Source of the DNA: the human T2T-CHM13v2.0 reference genome, Homo sapiens
Strand: one strand, 5' to 3'
DNA: 64,000 nt
NCBI RefSeq assembly: GCF_009914755.1
Contig: NC_060930.1
The notes beneath the pieces are model-generated. The model was not told the DNA's origin. It saw nothing but the letters and a program-made list of their open reading frames with translations, and did no database searches. Shown here one piece after another: positions 1-15,619 of this stretch; position 1 is the stretch's first letter, and each line of letters begins with the position of its first letter. Made by a program: the position numbers and the translations under genes.

Positions 1-1467
1 AAATCCTTTACAAAATAATGAATCAGTTTTCACCACTTTTTGATAAATGAGAAGGGCCAAAGGCTAGTAAAAGACACCAGACTAGAAAACAATTTATCAA
101 GGAGTCAATACACCAGATACATCCAAATTATAGATTGTTCTGAAAAAGATTTTTTAAAGAATCATTCTTTTTTTTTTTCAGTATCACTATTTTTTAAATG
201 GGAGAAAGACTGGCTAAGATGTCTGATGAGATCTACTAGACTGAACGGGCCCTATTTTTGAGGGGATGTGCCATAACTGATATTGGAAAGTGCCAATGTC
301 ACTTTGTTAGGATGCAAAGATGTCTAGATGAACTAAATTCCAGAGAGTGATGAACCCTTTCTAAGGGAGAAGAAATCTTCAGCTGCTTTCATCCCCAGGG
401 GCACAAAAGGCAGAGGAATAAACCTCCATAGACAGTCAGCCTGTGTTAGTCAGCATGACCAAGGAAACCCAGATGCAGAGCAAGTCCACACCACCCATGA
501 ATTCTTCCCCATGGGGCCTTCTTCAAGTGCACGGAAGTGTAACAAAAGCCAAGAGCAGGGCAAAAGAGCAGAGAAAGGAATCCCATAGTGTGGAAAGCTG
601 TGTAACAGACAGAATCTCCAGTGGTGGAAATAGCTAATAGCTGGACTAATTGTAGAGACAGATTTCTAAATCTCACCAATATTAACTCCCAAGTCCTGTT
701 GCACAGAAAGCAAGCCCTGATTTCACCCTCAAAGTGTTTGAAACCACTAGTAAACTAAATCTAACTAAAACTGCAGCCCAGCCTGTTCCCAGCTCAACTA
801 TGGATTATACTATAAGATCAGCTCCTTTCCCTAGCAGCCCAATAGAAGAAGGGGACATGCTTTTTCCTGGGGATAATTATCACCTACTTTAAATTTCTAT
901 AAGTTTTATACAAAATTTCATACAAAATGACTAGTACACAACACAAACTATAAAACATGTAAATAAAGTAGAAAACATGACGACCTGTTATCAAGAGAAA
1001 TAAGGTCAAACCCAGAGATGATCATGATATTGAAATTAGCAAATAAGGATTTTAATATAAATGTTATAAATACGTTAAAAAATTCAGTAGAAAAGGTGGA
1101 AAAATGCTAAATTAAGAGGAATTTTAGCCCAGAAATTGAAACTCTAAAGAAACAAAAGAAAATTCTAGAACTAAAAAACAGAATATCTGTAATGAAGAAT
1201 TCATTCCATGCGCTTTAGCAAATTAGACACAACAGAGAGTGCCCTGAGAAAATATCCTCCAAAAAGGAAGTTGAAACAAAGACCTTTTTTAGACAGATAA
1301 AAGCCGAGAGAATTGACTGTTGCCAGACCCATGCTACCAAAAAATCACAAAGGAAGTTCTTCAAACACGGAAAATAATACAAGATACAAACCTGGATCTG
1401 CACAGAAGTATAAAAGGACATTGAATGGAAATATGTGAGTAATTTTTAAAACTCAAAAAAATTAATC

Positions 1468-1744
<277 letters not shown>

Positions 1745-2251
1745 TTAGTCCTAAAGACTAGTTTAAAACAAAAATAATAATGATGATTCATGAGATTGGT
1801 AACATATATAAAACTAAAATATTTAATAGGAACACAAAGGTACCATTAAAGATAAATGGAATTACACTGTTGTACAGAACTGGCATAATATTATTTGAAG
1901 GCAAACTAAAATAAGTTAAGGATGTATATTGTGAGCCCTAGAGTACCTACTGAAAACAAAATCCCAAAGAGGCATAGCTAAAAAGCCAATAGAGAGATAA
2001 AATGAAATAATTGTTTAAATGTTTGATGAATCTGTTCATAAAAAAGACAAGAAAGAACAAAAACAAATATTAGATGGAACAAAAAAACAAATAACATGAT
2101 AAACTCGATTCTAATCATGCCAGTAATTCAGTAAATTCAAATGAACTAAAAATTCCAACTAAAGGACAGAGACAGGCAGACTGGAAAAAGGAACAAGATC
2201 TCACTATATACTGTTTATAAGAGACACACTTTAAATATAAAGACGTGAGTA

Positions 2252-2392
2252 GGCCAGGTATGGTGGCCCATGCCCATAATCCCAGCAGTTTGGCAGGCTG
2301 AAATGGGAGGACTGCTTGAGCCCAGGAGTTCAGGACCAGCTTGGGCAACATAGTGAGACCCTGTCTATTAAAAAAATAATAATTAAAAAAAA
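2252..2392 (+). mobile_element. Alu left monomer (FLAM-like)
   Basis: Left arm only, with A-rich tail. Confidence 0.85.
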
Positions 2393-4287
2393 GACAAAAA
2401 CAAGATATGGGTAGGTTAAAACTATGGAAAAAGATATACCAGATAAATATTAATCAAGTAAATTCAGATGTTTTTGGTCAATGCAAAATTACAAAAGAAA
2501 CATAATATCCATTTTCTTGATTAATTTTCATAGTAGATTTGTATTAAAGTGTTTTTTAAACAAATATACTTTTTATACTTGGCTATGTCTTAGAGAACAT
2601 TATATCCCATATAATATCTGATGTGCTAAAATATCTTTTTCTAGTATTGTGCTCTTTTGGATGTAAGAAAATCGAGCTCCAAAAAATTAAGCTCCAGAAA
2701 ATTAAATAAGTATTGTTAATCTGAAATAGTACAGCTCCCGGGTATTTTGGGTATATAATCTTCTATGGTATCAAAGGAAAATACTAACTGCATAACTGGA
2801 TACTCCATCACAGTTCAGCTATATGTTGTCTCTGAACCCCATCCTTCTGTGACCATTCTCAGTTTCCTATACCAACAACTCCTCCTCCTTGGCTCACATT
2901 AAATGTTGGTATTTCCCCCCAAGAATTCCATCTCTGCCTTCCCGGCTTTTAACCCAAACACTCTCTTGGTCAAATTTATCACATGCCATGTTGTTTATGA
3001 CCAACATCATTTTGCCAATGACAACCAAATCCCTATCTCTAGTCCAAATTTTTCTCCTGACACCAAATCTGTATACCCAGCTGGATATGTCTAATGCTTT
3101 TCATTAAAACTAAGATTTGTAAAAGTCTGTCTATACCTAAACAGTCATCAAGTCAGCAGAGTCACTAAAACATAAGAAATTTGTTTTGCATTATTCAGTT
3201 TTCATAAATCACCTGCATTTTTTTTCAAAGCAGTTGCAAGAAAATGTTACCACAGGACACATCGTTACCACTGATGAAATCCCAGAGCTCTCCCCACTCA
3301 AAATTATTTTATCTGTCCCCTTCTTACCTGCCCCCACAGCCCAAGGCCAGGTCCTCACAAATCCTCTAGGAGCTGCACCTAGCATGGTCTAACCAGGATT
3401 CCTGCCTCTAGCATCTTTCCTCTCTCATCCAACTCTGTGTGAATTCATCTTCCTGAAGCACAGACCCAAACATGTGATGTCTCTCTGCAAACACCTATAA
3501 AAGCTGCCACTGGCTTCAGATGATGTCCTCGTGTCTTGGACTGGACTTGATTATTTGGATCATATTTGAGCTGACCCCATCCTACCACACTGTAACCTTA
3601 TTTCTCCTATTGCCACATTTACCATTCACTTGGCTGGATAATTTCTCTCTTCCAAAATGCAAATCATTTTGTCTGAACTTTTCATGCAATACTTTTTATA
3701 CAATACTTTTTATAAAGTTAACATATTCCCCAATGGCATCAATATTTATGTAGACTGCATATTTATTTGTTTTCTTAGTAAACAGCCTTATCTATAACCA
3801 AAAAACCTATTATTGGTGCTTTGAATACAGAATTTGCTCAGTACATACTTTAATTAAACAACAATTAGGACACCAATTTTTGAGCATATATTATGCCCAG
3901 AACTGCATCAAATACTTTCCATATGTTACTTTGACTTTTCACAATATCATTCTAAGGTAGTTATTTTCTAATAAATTTACAGTTGTAAAACACATCAGAA
4001 TTTACAAAAGGTTTTCATTTATATTCACATTTGTTCCTCAAAATAACCTTATGAGGCTACCATTACTCTAATTGTATAGATGGGAAAAGATGAGCCTCCC
4101 CATCTCTCAAGGTCATGCAGTAAGCAAAGAAGCAGTCACATGAATCCACTTCTGACTTCCAAACCAGAGTTCTTCCTACTGTGCCTTGCAGCACATACGT
4201 TCTCACGTTCACCCAAGTCTGTCTCCCCTTGACTACTATCAAATATTCTTCACATGAGGCTAACAGTACAATTTATGTACAACCTGA

Positions 4288-4726
4288 TGTCAGGCCTCTG
4301 AGCCCAAGCTAAGCCATCATATCCCCTGTGACCTGCACATATGCATTCAGATGGCCTGATGCAACTGAAGAACCACAAAAGAAGTGAAAATAGCCAGTTC
4401 CTGCCTTAACTGATGACATTCCACCATTGTGATTTGTTCCTGCCCCACCCTAACTGACCAATTGACCTTGTGACATTCCTTCTCCTGGACAGTGAGTCTC
4501 AGGAGCTCCCCACCGAGCACCTTGTGACCCCCACCCCCGCCTGCAAGAGAACAACTCCCCTTAACTGCAATTTTCCACTACCTACCCAAATCCTGTAAAA
4601 CTGCCTCACCCCATCTCCCTTTGCTGACTCCTTTTTCGGACTCAGTCTGACTGCACCCAGGTGATTAAAAAGCTTTATTGCTCACACAAAGCCTGTTTGG
4701 TGGTCTCTTCACATGGACACGTAACA
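4288..4726 (+). mobile_element. Solo HERV-H LTR (LTR7 family)
   Basis: Starts tgtcaggcctctgagcccaagctaagcc and ends ...ctcacacaaagcctgtttggtggtctcttcacatggacacgtaaca. 5-bp TSD cctga/cctca. Confidence 0.9.
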
Positions 4727-6595
4727 CCTCAGTGGAATGAAAATTAAAATCTGTTAATCCCAGTAACTTCTAGAAATTCCATAATCCAGGGATGGTGGCA
4801 AAATCAGGCCAGCCACGGAAATATTTTGGAAAGAATCTCTTTACCGGCATTGTTATATAATAATATATTTTTTTTAAATTCCAATTGCACTAACCAGTGA
4901 GAAACTAGTTAGAGAATATGTCTTTAATTATAACGAACAAGCTGTCTGGAACATTCCCAGAAGGGTCCAGTTAGTTTCTATGAGCTGATGAAACCACTCA
5001 TCTCTACCTGGGTCCTATTGGTCCCCATGTTGCTGTACCCAGTACACAGGCTGATTTCCAAAGGAAAGGTTAGGGCTTATCTGTCAAGTGTGGATTATCA
5101 TTCCTTATTCAGATGGCTATTTTCCTCCCAATAATGGATACCATAGCATCGGTTTGCATATTTTGCCTTTTGTACTGTGATCTAAATGAATACCTCCATT
5201 CACTGAGACAGGAAAACAACTCAAACCAAATTAACAAACAAACAGATGATATGCTATTCAAAACAAAGCAAAGTAAAATATTTCTTTTTTAACCTAAAAA
5301 TGACCCAGAAGATAAGATACCCATCATAAGTAATACCTTCTTTGGAAAACTCTTCAATGTAAGTATATATTAAGTAAATGTTTATATTCCTAAGTCTTCT
5401 CAGGAAATTTTGATGCTTCAAATCAGTTTTCATACCACAAATTTTTAAGCTATTGAAATTCTGGTTTGATTTTTCTCTTTATTGTTTTCTGTGGAATATA
5501 TCACCACAGAAATATTTCCACAGATGATCCTAAGCATTCTGAATATATAATGTTAAGCCTCAAGTGTACTAACTTATTCTAAAAATAATTATTTGCAATG
5601 GGCACTTACAAGAAAATAAATGTTACTTGAATACTTGTTAAGGTATTCACAAGTAAATGCCCATGGGTTTCCCTAATGCTATGCTTAAGAGAATAATATG
5701 GCCCCCATAAAGTTAAAAAATAACCAATTAACTCAAGAGAATTCTCAGAAGTCTACAGGAACTGCCACTAAGCAAGCACTGGGGAAAAAAAAAATAAAAG
5801 TATTTGGGGATTGTTTGTCTTTTCTTTTGTATTCTTTCTTAACTTACTACACCATACTTAGATTTCACCATTGCCATTTTTTGTTTTTGTTTTATTTTCC
5901 CAAATGGGATTTTGGTTATCAAACATATCTAGGCAGTGGAATGTAAATTTTCCACTAGGAATGCAGAGCAGCTGACAGTGTGTACATAACAATGCAAGAT
6001 AAAAGTGAGCAATGCTGAGTATGCAGCGGGCAGCCCGTGTGGGCGGGTGCAGCTTCCACCTGCAAGGAAATAAGTCATTTAGCCCCCAGGATTCCCACTG
6101 GAGAATGTGCCAACTGTACATGATCTACATTCAGTCCTTCAGAAATACTATGAAAGCTGTGAACCCACCAACAGATGGCAAGAAAAGGGAAGCTAACATT
6201 TTTGGCAAATATTAGTTTTTCACCCACAATGTGCTGGCTTTATGATCTCTTCAGAGGATTCAGCAGAGGAGGACAGACGGGGTCCCCACTCTCACTGAGC
6301 TTACAGGGATGGCAGACAGTAAAGGGGTAAAGGGAAGAATAAGGTGGTGCAGCTTATTCAGGAGCACTGGACTGGGAGTCAGCTCCTAGCCCTAGAAGCG
6401 CAGCTCCTCACTGAGTTTCCGGAGGCAGTCACTTCACCAATATGGGTGACTTGCATACTCAGCTACAGGATGAGGGCACTGCATTTCAGCAATCTCTCCA
6501 AGTTCTCACATTCTCCAAAAATACTAAAGTGTTATTAAAATACAAGTTATTTCAAACAAAAATAGAGCTTTTAAAATTAAACTATTAAAAATATG

Positions 6596-6908
6596 AGCCA
6601 GGCATGGTGGCTCATGCCTGTAATCCCAGCACCTTGGGAGGCCAAGGCAAGAGAATCACTTGAAGCTCAGAGTTCGAGACCAGTCTGGGCAACATAGTGA
6701 GACCTTGTTTCTACAAAAAGGTTTAAAATTAGCTAGGTGCAGTGGCTCATTCCTATAATCCCAGCTACTCAGGAGGCTGAGGTGGGAGGATTGCCTGAGC
6801 CTAGGCGTTCCAGGTTGAAATGAGCTATGATCATGCTACTCTATATATTCCAGTCTGGGCAACAGAGCAAGACGTTGTCTCAAAAAAAACAAAAACAAAA
6901 ACAAAAAA
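6596..6908 (+). mobile_element. AluJ
   Basis: Diverged dimer with ggaggattgcctgagcc right arm. Confidence 0.9.
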
Positions 6909-7892
6909 GCACTAAAATTAAAACTAAAAATATGGCCTTACTAACCCTAAATGTCAAACAATTGCTAAGGCAATAGGAACCTCCAAAATGGAACAAATCA
7001 TCATTATGAACATCAATGGAATCCGATATAGGAATCTTCTCATAACTGTTTAAAAAAATGAACATTGACTAGATCAACTAGGTTTTTAATATAATAACCT
7101 ATAAACTTCAGTTTCAATTGCTTACTAGATGCCACATTTCACAAGGCAAACGTGATAGTAATTAAATTTGAATAAGTGTCAGTGTTGGAAAAAAGTCCGG
7201 AAGATCAGAAACCCTTCCTAACAGGGTCACAACTGTTCAGCAACAGACCAATGATGCTGCTAACTTGCATTGTTCTAGGTGGTTTCAAGGTAGAGAAACG
7301 TGTCCTGTCCTTAACCAAAACTGATATACTAGTGCTAAGTGCTTGAGATCTTTCAAAAGAAATATATTTTTCTTGTAATAGGACTAAAACCTAAATTTAA
7401 GAATCTGAGCATGTTTCCCACTCAAATTAATCCTGCCTCAGCAGTTCATGTCCGTTTTCCCCATTGCTATATAATAGCTATACCTCTCTGATAGATATAC
7501 TAGTGGAATACACTTTGATTTCCAAAAACACACTTTAAGGGCAATGTTCCAGGATGGAAAATGATATTGATCTTTGCTTTTTTTTTTTTTTTTAAATAAC
7601 CAGCCCCATAAATAGTCCCAGATAATGCATGTTTCTGTAGCTCCTTAGCGAAGCACTTACACCTTAAGGAACCTCCTAGAACCAAGTCGTCCACACCAGC
7701 CACCAGCCTTTACTGCAGTGGTTGAGGACATCTGAAGAACCCCAATGCAGAGAAGAAAGCCTTCCATACATGATACTCCCCTTCCAAAGGAAGAGACAGG
7801 CCCTAAGAGGCACCCCACATTCTGAAATCAGAAGCTGTCTACAGTAAATCGTCTATGTACCTCCTAGTTTATTTACTATCCACAGAGAGGGC

Positions 7893-8880
7893 TCATTCAT
7901 TCAATGACATCTATCAGTCATCTACTGTGTGACAGGCACTGGACTAAGTGTTGAGTATTTGTTGGTAAATAAAATAGTCAAGACCCCTGCCTTCATGAAG
8001 CCCACAAAATAACAGAGAGGGTTAGTGATACACAAAAAAATAAGAAATCAAACCAAAAAAATACTTTGGGAGCAGAAAGGAGGCTGGAGTAGCTGGAGTG
8101 CAGTAGGGAGAAGGAGGAAAGGACAGGCTGGCGGGCACAATGCAGGGCCTCCTACACCAAAGAAAGAAGGCTAAGTTTCAGCCTAAGCATAATTAGACTC
8201 CACTGCAGATTTTTATAAACATCACCCCAGCTGCCACATGGAGAAGAGACTGCAGAAAGCAAGAATGGAAGCAAGGAGACCAAAAAGGAGGCTGGTGAGT
8301 TATCCAAGTCAGAGATGGTGGTAGCTTTTCCTGGGGGATGACTGAGGAAAAAAAGAAAAGTGGGTGAAGCCTCGATACATGTTTGCAGTAGAAGCTGGAA
8401 CTTGCTGAAAGAAGTTTGTGGCTAGTAAGCGAAGGAGACCTGGAACAGTCAGGTGGACAGTGATGCTGTCTACTGGGACAGAGAACATTTGCACTTGCTG
8501 TGGATCCAGAGTTCAGTCTTGGACATTACATCTGAGATGCCTATGAGACCTCCAGATAGAGGTGCCATTCATGCAGGCAGGCTGGGGCTCCATGAAGTCA
8601 GGGCTAGAGACACAGATGTGGGAGTAATCAGCATACTGATCATATTTAAAGCCATGAAAATGAAAGTGCTCAGCAACGAAGAGAGTAGAAAGCAAAGAAA
8701 ATGGTTCAGGACCAAGCTTTGGGGTTGGGTAATGGAGGAGAAAAAAATTCCAGAGGACTCAGGAGAAAAGTGGACAGGGAGGTAGGAGAGTGCAATGGTA
8801 AGGGGTAAACCAAGAGAGCGAACCATTTCAGAAGCTAAGAGAGAAGGATCAGCTGTATGGATGCCACTAATGGAAATATT
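7893..8880 (-). mobile_element. L2 fragment
   Basis: tcattcattcaa...ctactgtgtgacaggcactg...gagttcagtcttggacatt...gagatgcctatgagacctcca. Confidence 0.7.
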
Positions 8881-9669
8881 AAGATAAACGAGTAAGAAAC
8901 AAATGCCTAAATACTGCCAAATTCAGAGTGCTTTAAGAAAACCTGAAGTTTTACATATTCTACAGGTTATTCAAAAATCATTTATCCAATGCTGAGAAAT
9001 TTGAGGCAAAACTACCTTACTGATAACATTTTTAATTAATATGTTTTTTCAAAACTCTGTAGAATTAGGTATTCAGAGGCATAAAATGTGTTATATCCTT
9101 TGACAGTAAATGTCTGCCTGATTTATCCTGATAAAATAATTAAGATGTGGAAAAAAGCTATATACTTAAAGATGATGACTCAAACAATAGAAATTTTCTA
9201 AATACAATTGTATTAAGTAACTTATGACATCAGCTCAATAAAACAGTATATATTGCTATCAAAAATGATGACAAAGACGATGCAAGTATGAAAAATACAA
9301 GGAAAACAATATAAGAGAAAAATAATGAAAAAAGCTTTGTATAAAATATTCCATGATTACAACTCTGTATATACATATGTGTATATACATATATATGTAG
9401 AGAGAGAGAGAGACAAATTTGACTTCGTAAAAACAAAAAGCTATTTTTCCATGGCAAAAACACTACATATATGCACACATACATGCATACATCTGTATTT
9501 ACAGATGTATGTATGGAGAAAAACTGAAAGATAATTTTAAAATATGAAATCCAATTGTTTGAATGTTAGACTCAGGGACAATATATTTTTCATTTTTTAA
9601 AAACTATACTTATTCTAAACTACAATTTTGATAATTTTTAAACCATAATTTTAAAAATTAATTTTAGCA

Positions 9670-10775
9670 GGGTGGTACTTGTGCATAGACAAATAGACCA
9701 GAGGAATAGACTAGAAAGCCCAGAAACAGACCAAAGGAAGTACATATGGAAATTTAGTATATGATGAAGTTGGCATTTCAAATCACTGGAGCAAAGATAA
9801 ACTTTCAATAAATGGCTTTGGGACAGTGGGGTAGCCTAGGCATCTCTGGAAAAAGAGAAAATTCGATCCATATCTTATACTATAGACAAGAATGAACTCC
9901 AAATGGAATAGTAATATAAAAGTACAAAATGAAATCATACAAGTACTAAAAGAAAACATGGGTGAATTCCTCTTTAGCCTTGGTAAAGACAAAGACTTTC
10001 TAATTATGACTCCATATCCAGAGGCAATAAGCTGGATAAATTTGACTAACATAAAAACAAAAAATCATTTTTCCATGACAAAAAAAGCACCATAAGCAAA
10101 GTCATAAGACAATTGACAAACTAGAAGAAAATATTCACAACCTATATCAGAGATAAAGCATAAATATCCTTAATGTAAAAAGAACTCTTTATACAAATAA
10201 AAAAAAAACTCTTTATACTCTGATAGAAAAAATGAAAGGACAAGAACAGGCAATTCATGTTTTTAAAAAAAATCTAAAAATTGATCTTTACACATATAAA
10301 AAATGTTCGAACTTGTAACTAGAGAAATGCAAATTAGAACAACACCAAGATACCATTTCTCACCTACTAGATGGCAAACAATGAAAAAGTAAGGCAACAT
10401 ATTTGTTTTTTAAGACAGTAGAAACAGACACTCCCATACATTGATGATAGGAACACGAATTGGCACAAAGCTTCCAGAGGGGAATTTAGCAATGTCTAAC
10501 AAAACTACATATTCCCCCATCTTTTGGCCCAGCAATGCCACTTCTATAAATCTACTCTAAATATATACCTCCAACAAATGAGACAAAAATACATATTCAC
10601 AGTTTTATTCATTGTAGTATTATTTATAATTCCAAAATATTAGAAACAACCTAAATGTCCATACATAGGAGAGTGCTTAAATATAGCACATCCATACGAT
10701 GGAGGGCTCTGAAGTTGCAGTAAGGTGTGAGAAAGATCTTTACATACCAATATGGAGAGGTTTCCAAGACATACT
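9670..10775 (+). mobile_element. Old L1M ORF2 3' fragment (continues after ~11990)
   Basis: tagacaaatagaccagaggaatagactagaaagcccagaaacagacc, and agagaaatgcaaattagaacaacaccaagataccatttctcacc. Confidence 0.75.
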
Positions 10776-10777
10776 GG

Positions 10778-11990
10778 GTTTTTTGTTGTTGTTGTTAGTT
10801 TTTTTAGTTGTTTTTTGTATAAATTTAAGTGGTACAAGTGCATTTTTATTACACGGATATATTGCATAGTGGTGAAGTTTGGACTTTTAGTGTATCCATC
10901 ACTGGAATAATGTACAATGTATCCACTAAGTAATTTCTCATCATTCATCCCCTTCTGCTCCAGCATCCTTCTGAGTCTCTAATGTCTATCATTCCACATT
11001 CTATGTCCATTTGTACACATTATTTAGGTCCCACTTATAAGTGGGAATATGCACTTCCTATGTCTTCCTGTGTCTGAGTAGTTACGCTTAAGATAATGGC
11101 TTCCAGTTCCATCCATGTTGCGGCAAAAGACATAATTTCATTCTTTTTAACAGCTGAATAATATTCCGTTTTATATACGTACGTGTGTGTGTGTGTGTGT
11201 GTGTATTATATCACATTTTCTGTATCCAGTTATCTGTTGATGGACACTTAGGTTGAGTCCATATCTCTGCTATTGTGAATAGTGCTGAGATAAACATATG
11301 AGTGCAGGTATCTTTTTTGATGTAATGATTTCTTTCCTCTGGGTAGATACCCAGTAGTGGGACTGCCAGACTGAATGGTAGTTCTATTTTTAGTTCTTTG
11401 AGAAATCTCCATTATTTTCCACAGCAGTTGTACTAATTTACATTCCCACCAACAGTGTATAAGTATTTCTTTTTCTCTGCATCCTTGCCAACATTTGTTG
11501 TTTTTTGACTTTTTAATAATAGCCACTCTGACTGGTATAAGATGATATCTCATTGCATTTTTAATTTGCATTTCTCTGATGATCAGTGATGTTGAGCAGT
11601 TTTTCATATGCTTTTTGGCCATTTGTATGCCTTCTTTTGAAAAATGACTATGCATGAATTTTTCCACTTTTTAATGAAATTATTTGTGGGGTTTTTTTTT
11701 CCTTTTTTGAGTTGTTTGAGTCCTTGTAAATTTGGATATCAGTCCCCTGTGGGATGCATAGTTTGCAAATATTTTCTCCCATTCTGCAGGGTGTCTGTTT
11801 ACTTTGTTGATTATTTCTTTTGCTGTGTAGAAGTTTTTTAATTTAATTAAGTCCCATTTGTCTACTTTTGTTTTGTTTTGTTTGTCTTTTTCTCTGGTCC
11901 TTGATTCAGAATATTTTTGTTTTTCTTGCTTGTGCTTTTGAGGTCTTAGTCACGAATTCTTTGCCTAGACCAATGTCCAGGAGAGATTTT
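10778..11990 (-). mobile_element. 5'-truncated L1 (L1PB/L1MA-like) nested in the older L1
   Basis: ORF 11248-11667 translates as L1 ORF2 C-terminus ([32 protein letters not shown]). T-rich tail at left and ccaagacat repeated at both flanks. Confidence 0.85.
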
Positions 11991-12704
11991 CCCAAGACAT
12001 TTTGTTAAGTGAAATACAGTAAAGTGCCAAAGACTATCTACAGTATGCTACCCTACATATAGGTAAGAAGGGTATTTTGAAAATGTATACATGTATCTGC
12101 TCATTTGTGCAAAAGGACAGGATAAGGACAGGAAGGATAAACCAGAATCTAAGGAGAGTGGTTTCCTACAGAGAATGGACAGGAAATAAGTAGAAGTAAT
12201 GGGTAGTGTGTGGGTAGGAACTGAGTAGCAGAGATGGAGGGAGAGGAGCAACCCTTCTCTCAGTATATATTTTGTATAGCTTATGACTTTTAGGACCATG
12301 GCAAATAATTAAAACCAACCAAAATATAGGAGGAACACAAAATAGAAAGATACAGTAACAAATGAACCTGTGTTACAAATCAATAAATGGACGGTGAAGG
12401 AAGAAACTAACCCAAAGAGCTTGGGAAAACGGTATTCTTACTATATACTGAAGTCTAACGACAAAAAGCTGTACACAAATACTGTACTTTAGTCAATCAA
12501 ATGCTTCTCATAAGAGTATAGGTTAGCAATTCTAAATCTATTTTGAATCTACATTAAAAGTAAACCAATACATAAATGTAATGTGGATGATGAGAGTAGG
12601 ATTTCCTACTATTACAGAAAGAAGTTACAAATAAGGAACTGAGGCAGACTAGAATAAACCCCGTGGTGCTGGAGTAGAACTGGAGGTATCAGTACAAACT
12701 CAAT

Positions 12705-13072
<368 letters not shown>

Positions 13073-13873
13073 TAATAGATACAGAATAGATACAGAAATA
13101 ACTAGATTTGTATGTATGTATAGTTATATATGTACATTTATTTTCTAGTTCTGTCTACTGAGAGGGCCTAAAAGCATTGAAACCTCAATAGCAAGAATCA
13201 CCCCTAATGCCCAGATGCTGGTTTCTAAATACCATTCTCCAATAAAAGGGACTAGAGATCCTTGGAGAAACAATTTATTCCAGGGCCAGAGAAAGAAAAA
13301 TATAAGACAAGCCTGGAACATCTTGTGGTGCTGGAAAGTAATTAAATAAAAAAATAAAAATAAAAAAAAAAACAGCAGGGCCGTACTGGAAAGACACAAA
13401 AGCCAACTTGAAAGAGTTCTCAGTGGCCAAATCAAGAATAATTTAAGCAACAAAACGAATGATATTATTAGATTTTAACACCTAAAATAAATATCTAAGA
13501 ATCCATACTGATGCAAATAAATGATTGAATAAATACATTAAAAAATAAATGAGGACAATTCTTCCATATAGAAGAATTCCAATTAATATGTAGAAGAAAT
13601 AATGAAAATAGAAAATCACCTTTTGGTAAACACAATAGTAACAGTTACTACAGAAAAGAACCATCAATGGATGCTAAAATTTGTGGGTGAAACTATGAAT
13701 ATTAAGAAACAGTATATTTGCATAGTCTCAAACTATCTCCTCCACAAGACGGTAATTAATTACAAAGGAAAAAATAATGGTAACTTTACAGTGGGGAAAC
13801 CTGGCAGACATCACCGTAACCAACTGATCAAAGTCAGTCTCACCAGTAATATGACATGTCAGCATCATGTACT

Positions 13874-14554
13874 GCAAGGACAAATACAAATTAAAAATAA
13901 GAGGTTTAATTCTAAAAATAAGAGATCTCCCTCCCTTCCTTTTTATCAGAGCATTTGCTTTAGAATACTAGAGTATAAGTACTTTGTCCTCTCTGTGAAA
14001 TCTGCATAATTATTTTAAACACTACTTAGGCCTTTTGTCAACTTTATGACCCAGAAATGTCCCACTCAAGGACCTAGCAGTCATCTCTTTGAAATGCAAA
14101 AAGCAAAAGCGATATCACTGGTATTTCCCAGTCTCTGTGGGAGGATAGGATCCTAACTTTGCTGGGTAGGAGCCAAACTTCCTGTCATAAAGACATGAGA
14201 CGTTTGTTTCTCCTTTGGATAAAAACAAATTAGCTAATACAAATGGTCACCCCAAATACCTGGTAAAATTAGGATGAATTAATTACGTGTGACAAATGAT
14301 GCTGTCAAGCCCTCTTTCTTGAAGACTAGTTTTGTTTATCTTGAAACATGTATGTAATGGGTAGCCTCTACTTGGCTATCTAAAAGGGTAAGATTTCTTT
14401 TTGTCTTTGCAATCGTTTCATGGATTGCCTGTGATGGGTGTCATATTCTGATTTAACGCTTGTGTAATAATAACACTCTTCTTTCTCTACTACCTTTTGT
14501 GGAGAGAATTTCTGGATTGGGAAAAGACTTTTTTTTCAATCATGTTTCCTCAGC
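13874..14554 (+). mobile_element. ERV1-class solo LTR (MER67-like, subfamily uncertain)
   Basis: TG...CA-bounded ~680-bp insertion interrupting old L1 sequence, with TATA-like and AATAA elements. Family assigned by resemblance only. Confidence 0.45.
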
Positions 14555-14613
14555 AGTGTCTTCTAATACAATGCACTGAACAGGGAACATAATTTCCTGG
14601 TATTTTTGCTCCC

Positions 14614-15379
14614 TGAAGATTAAGCTCTGATTTTTTATCTTGCCCAAATTCCTATCTAAGGGGTCTGGGGAGTCATAACCTACAAATCATAAATTCTCAT
14701 CAGATGGGTTTTATTTGACCTTGCATATCGTGACTTACTTTCCAATCTGATTCTGGCATAACAAGGAAGAAAATAAAAATGTTTTACCCTAAAATATATT
14801 TCCTTGCCATACCTTGAAATTGCCCTGCAAAGTCTCTTGTGGGAAAAATCCACATTCTATACGAATCTCCTTTCCCCTTTGTTTTCCTTCCTTTTTTTTT
14901 TTTTTTTTTCCAGATCCAGGAGATAATCAACTAAGAGCCAGGTACCCTTTTAAGTCCAGTAAGAAATAATTTACAACCTGCTCTCTCTGAAGTCTGCTAT
15001 CTGAGAGCTTCCTCTGCACAATAAAACTTGGTCCCCACAATCCTTTGTCTTTAACCGGAACATTCTTTTCTATTGATCCCAGGTCTTTGGACAAACTCAA
15101 CCAATTGTCAACAAGAAAATGTTTAAATTTACCTATAGCCTGGAAGCCCCCACTTTGAGTTGTCCCGCCTTTCTGAACCAAACAAATGTATTTCTTTAAA
15201 TGTATTTGATTGATGTCTCATGCCTTCCTAAGATATATAAAACCAAGCTGTACCCCGACCACCTTGGGCACAAGTTCTCAAGATCTCCTGAGGGCTGTGT
15301 CACAGGCCATGGTCACTCATATTTGGATCAGAATTAACCTCTTAAAATATTTTACAGAGTTTGACTCTTTTTGTTGACA
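14614..15379 (+). mobile_element. MER4-family ERV1 solo LTR
   Basis: Starts tgaagattaagctctgattttttatcttgcccaaattcc and ends tacagagtttgactctttttgttgaca, typical MER4 termini. Confidence 0.8.
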
Positions 15380-15466
15380 TCTCCAAAAATGAATCATTTC
15401 AACCCGATCACAAGAAAACACCAGATATGTCCTAAATTAAAGGACCATCTACAAAATAACTGACTT

Positions 15467-15619
15467 GCCAGATATGGTAGCTCACACCTATAATCCTAAC
15501 ACTTCGGGAGGCCGAGGCAGGAGGATCACTGGAGCCCAGGACACTGAGGCTGTAGTGAGCCAAGATTATGCCACTGCACTCCAGCCTCCAGAGCAAGACT
15601 CCACCTCAATTTAAAAATA
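15467..15619 (+). mobile_element. Alu monomer (FRAM-like)
   Basis: Single monomer with 14-bp TSD aaaataactgactt. Confidence 0.85.

Noticed and set aside
11248-11667. 139-aa ORF
   Set aside because: Decayed, frameshifted L1 ORF2 C-terminus, not a host gene.
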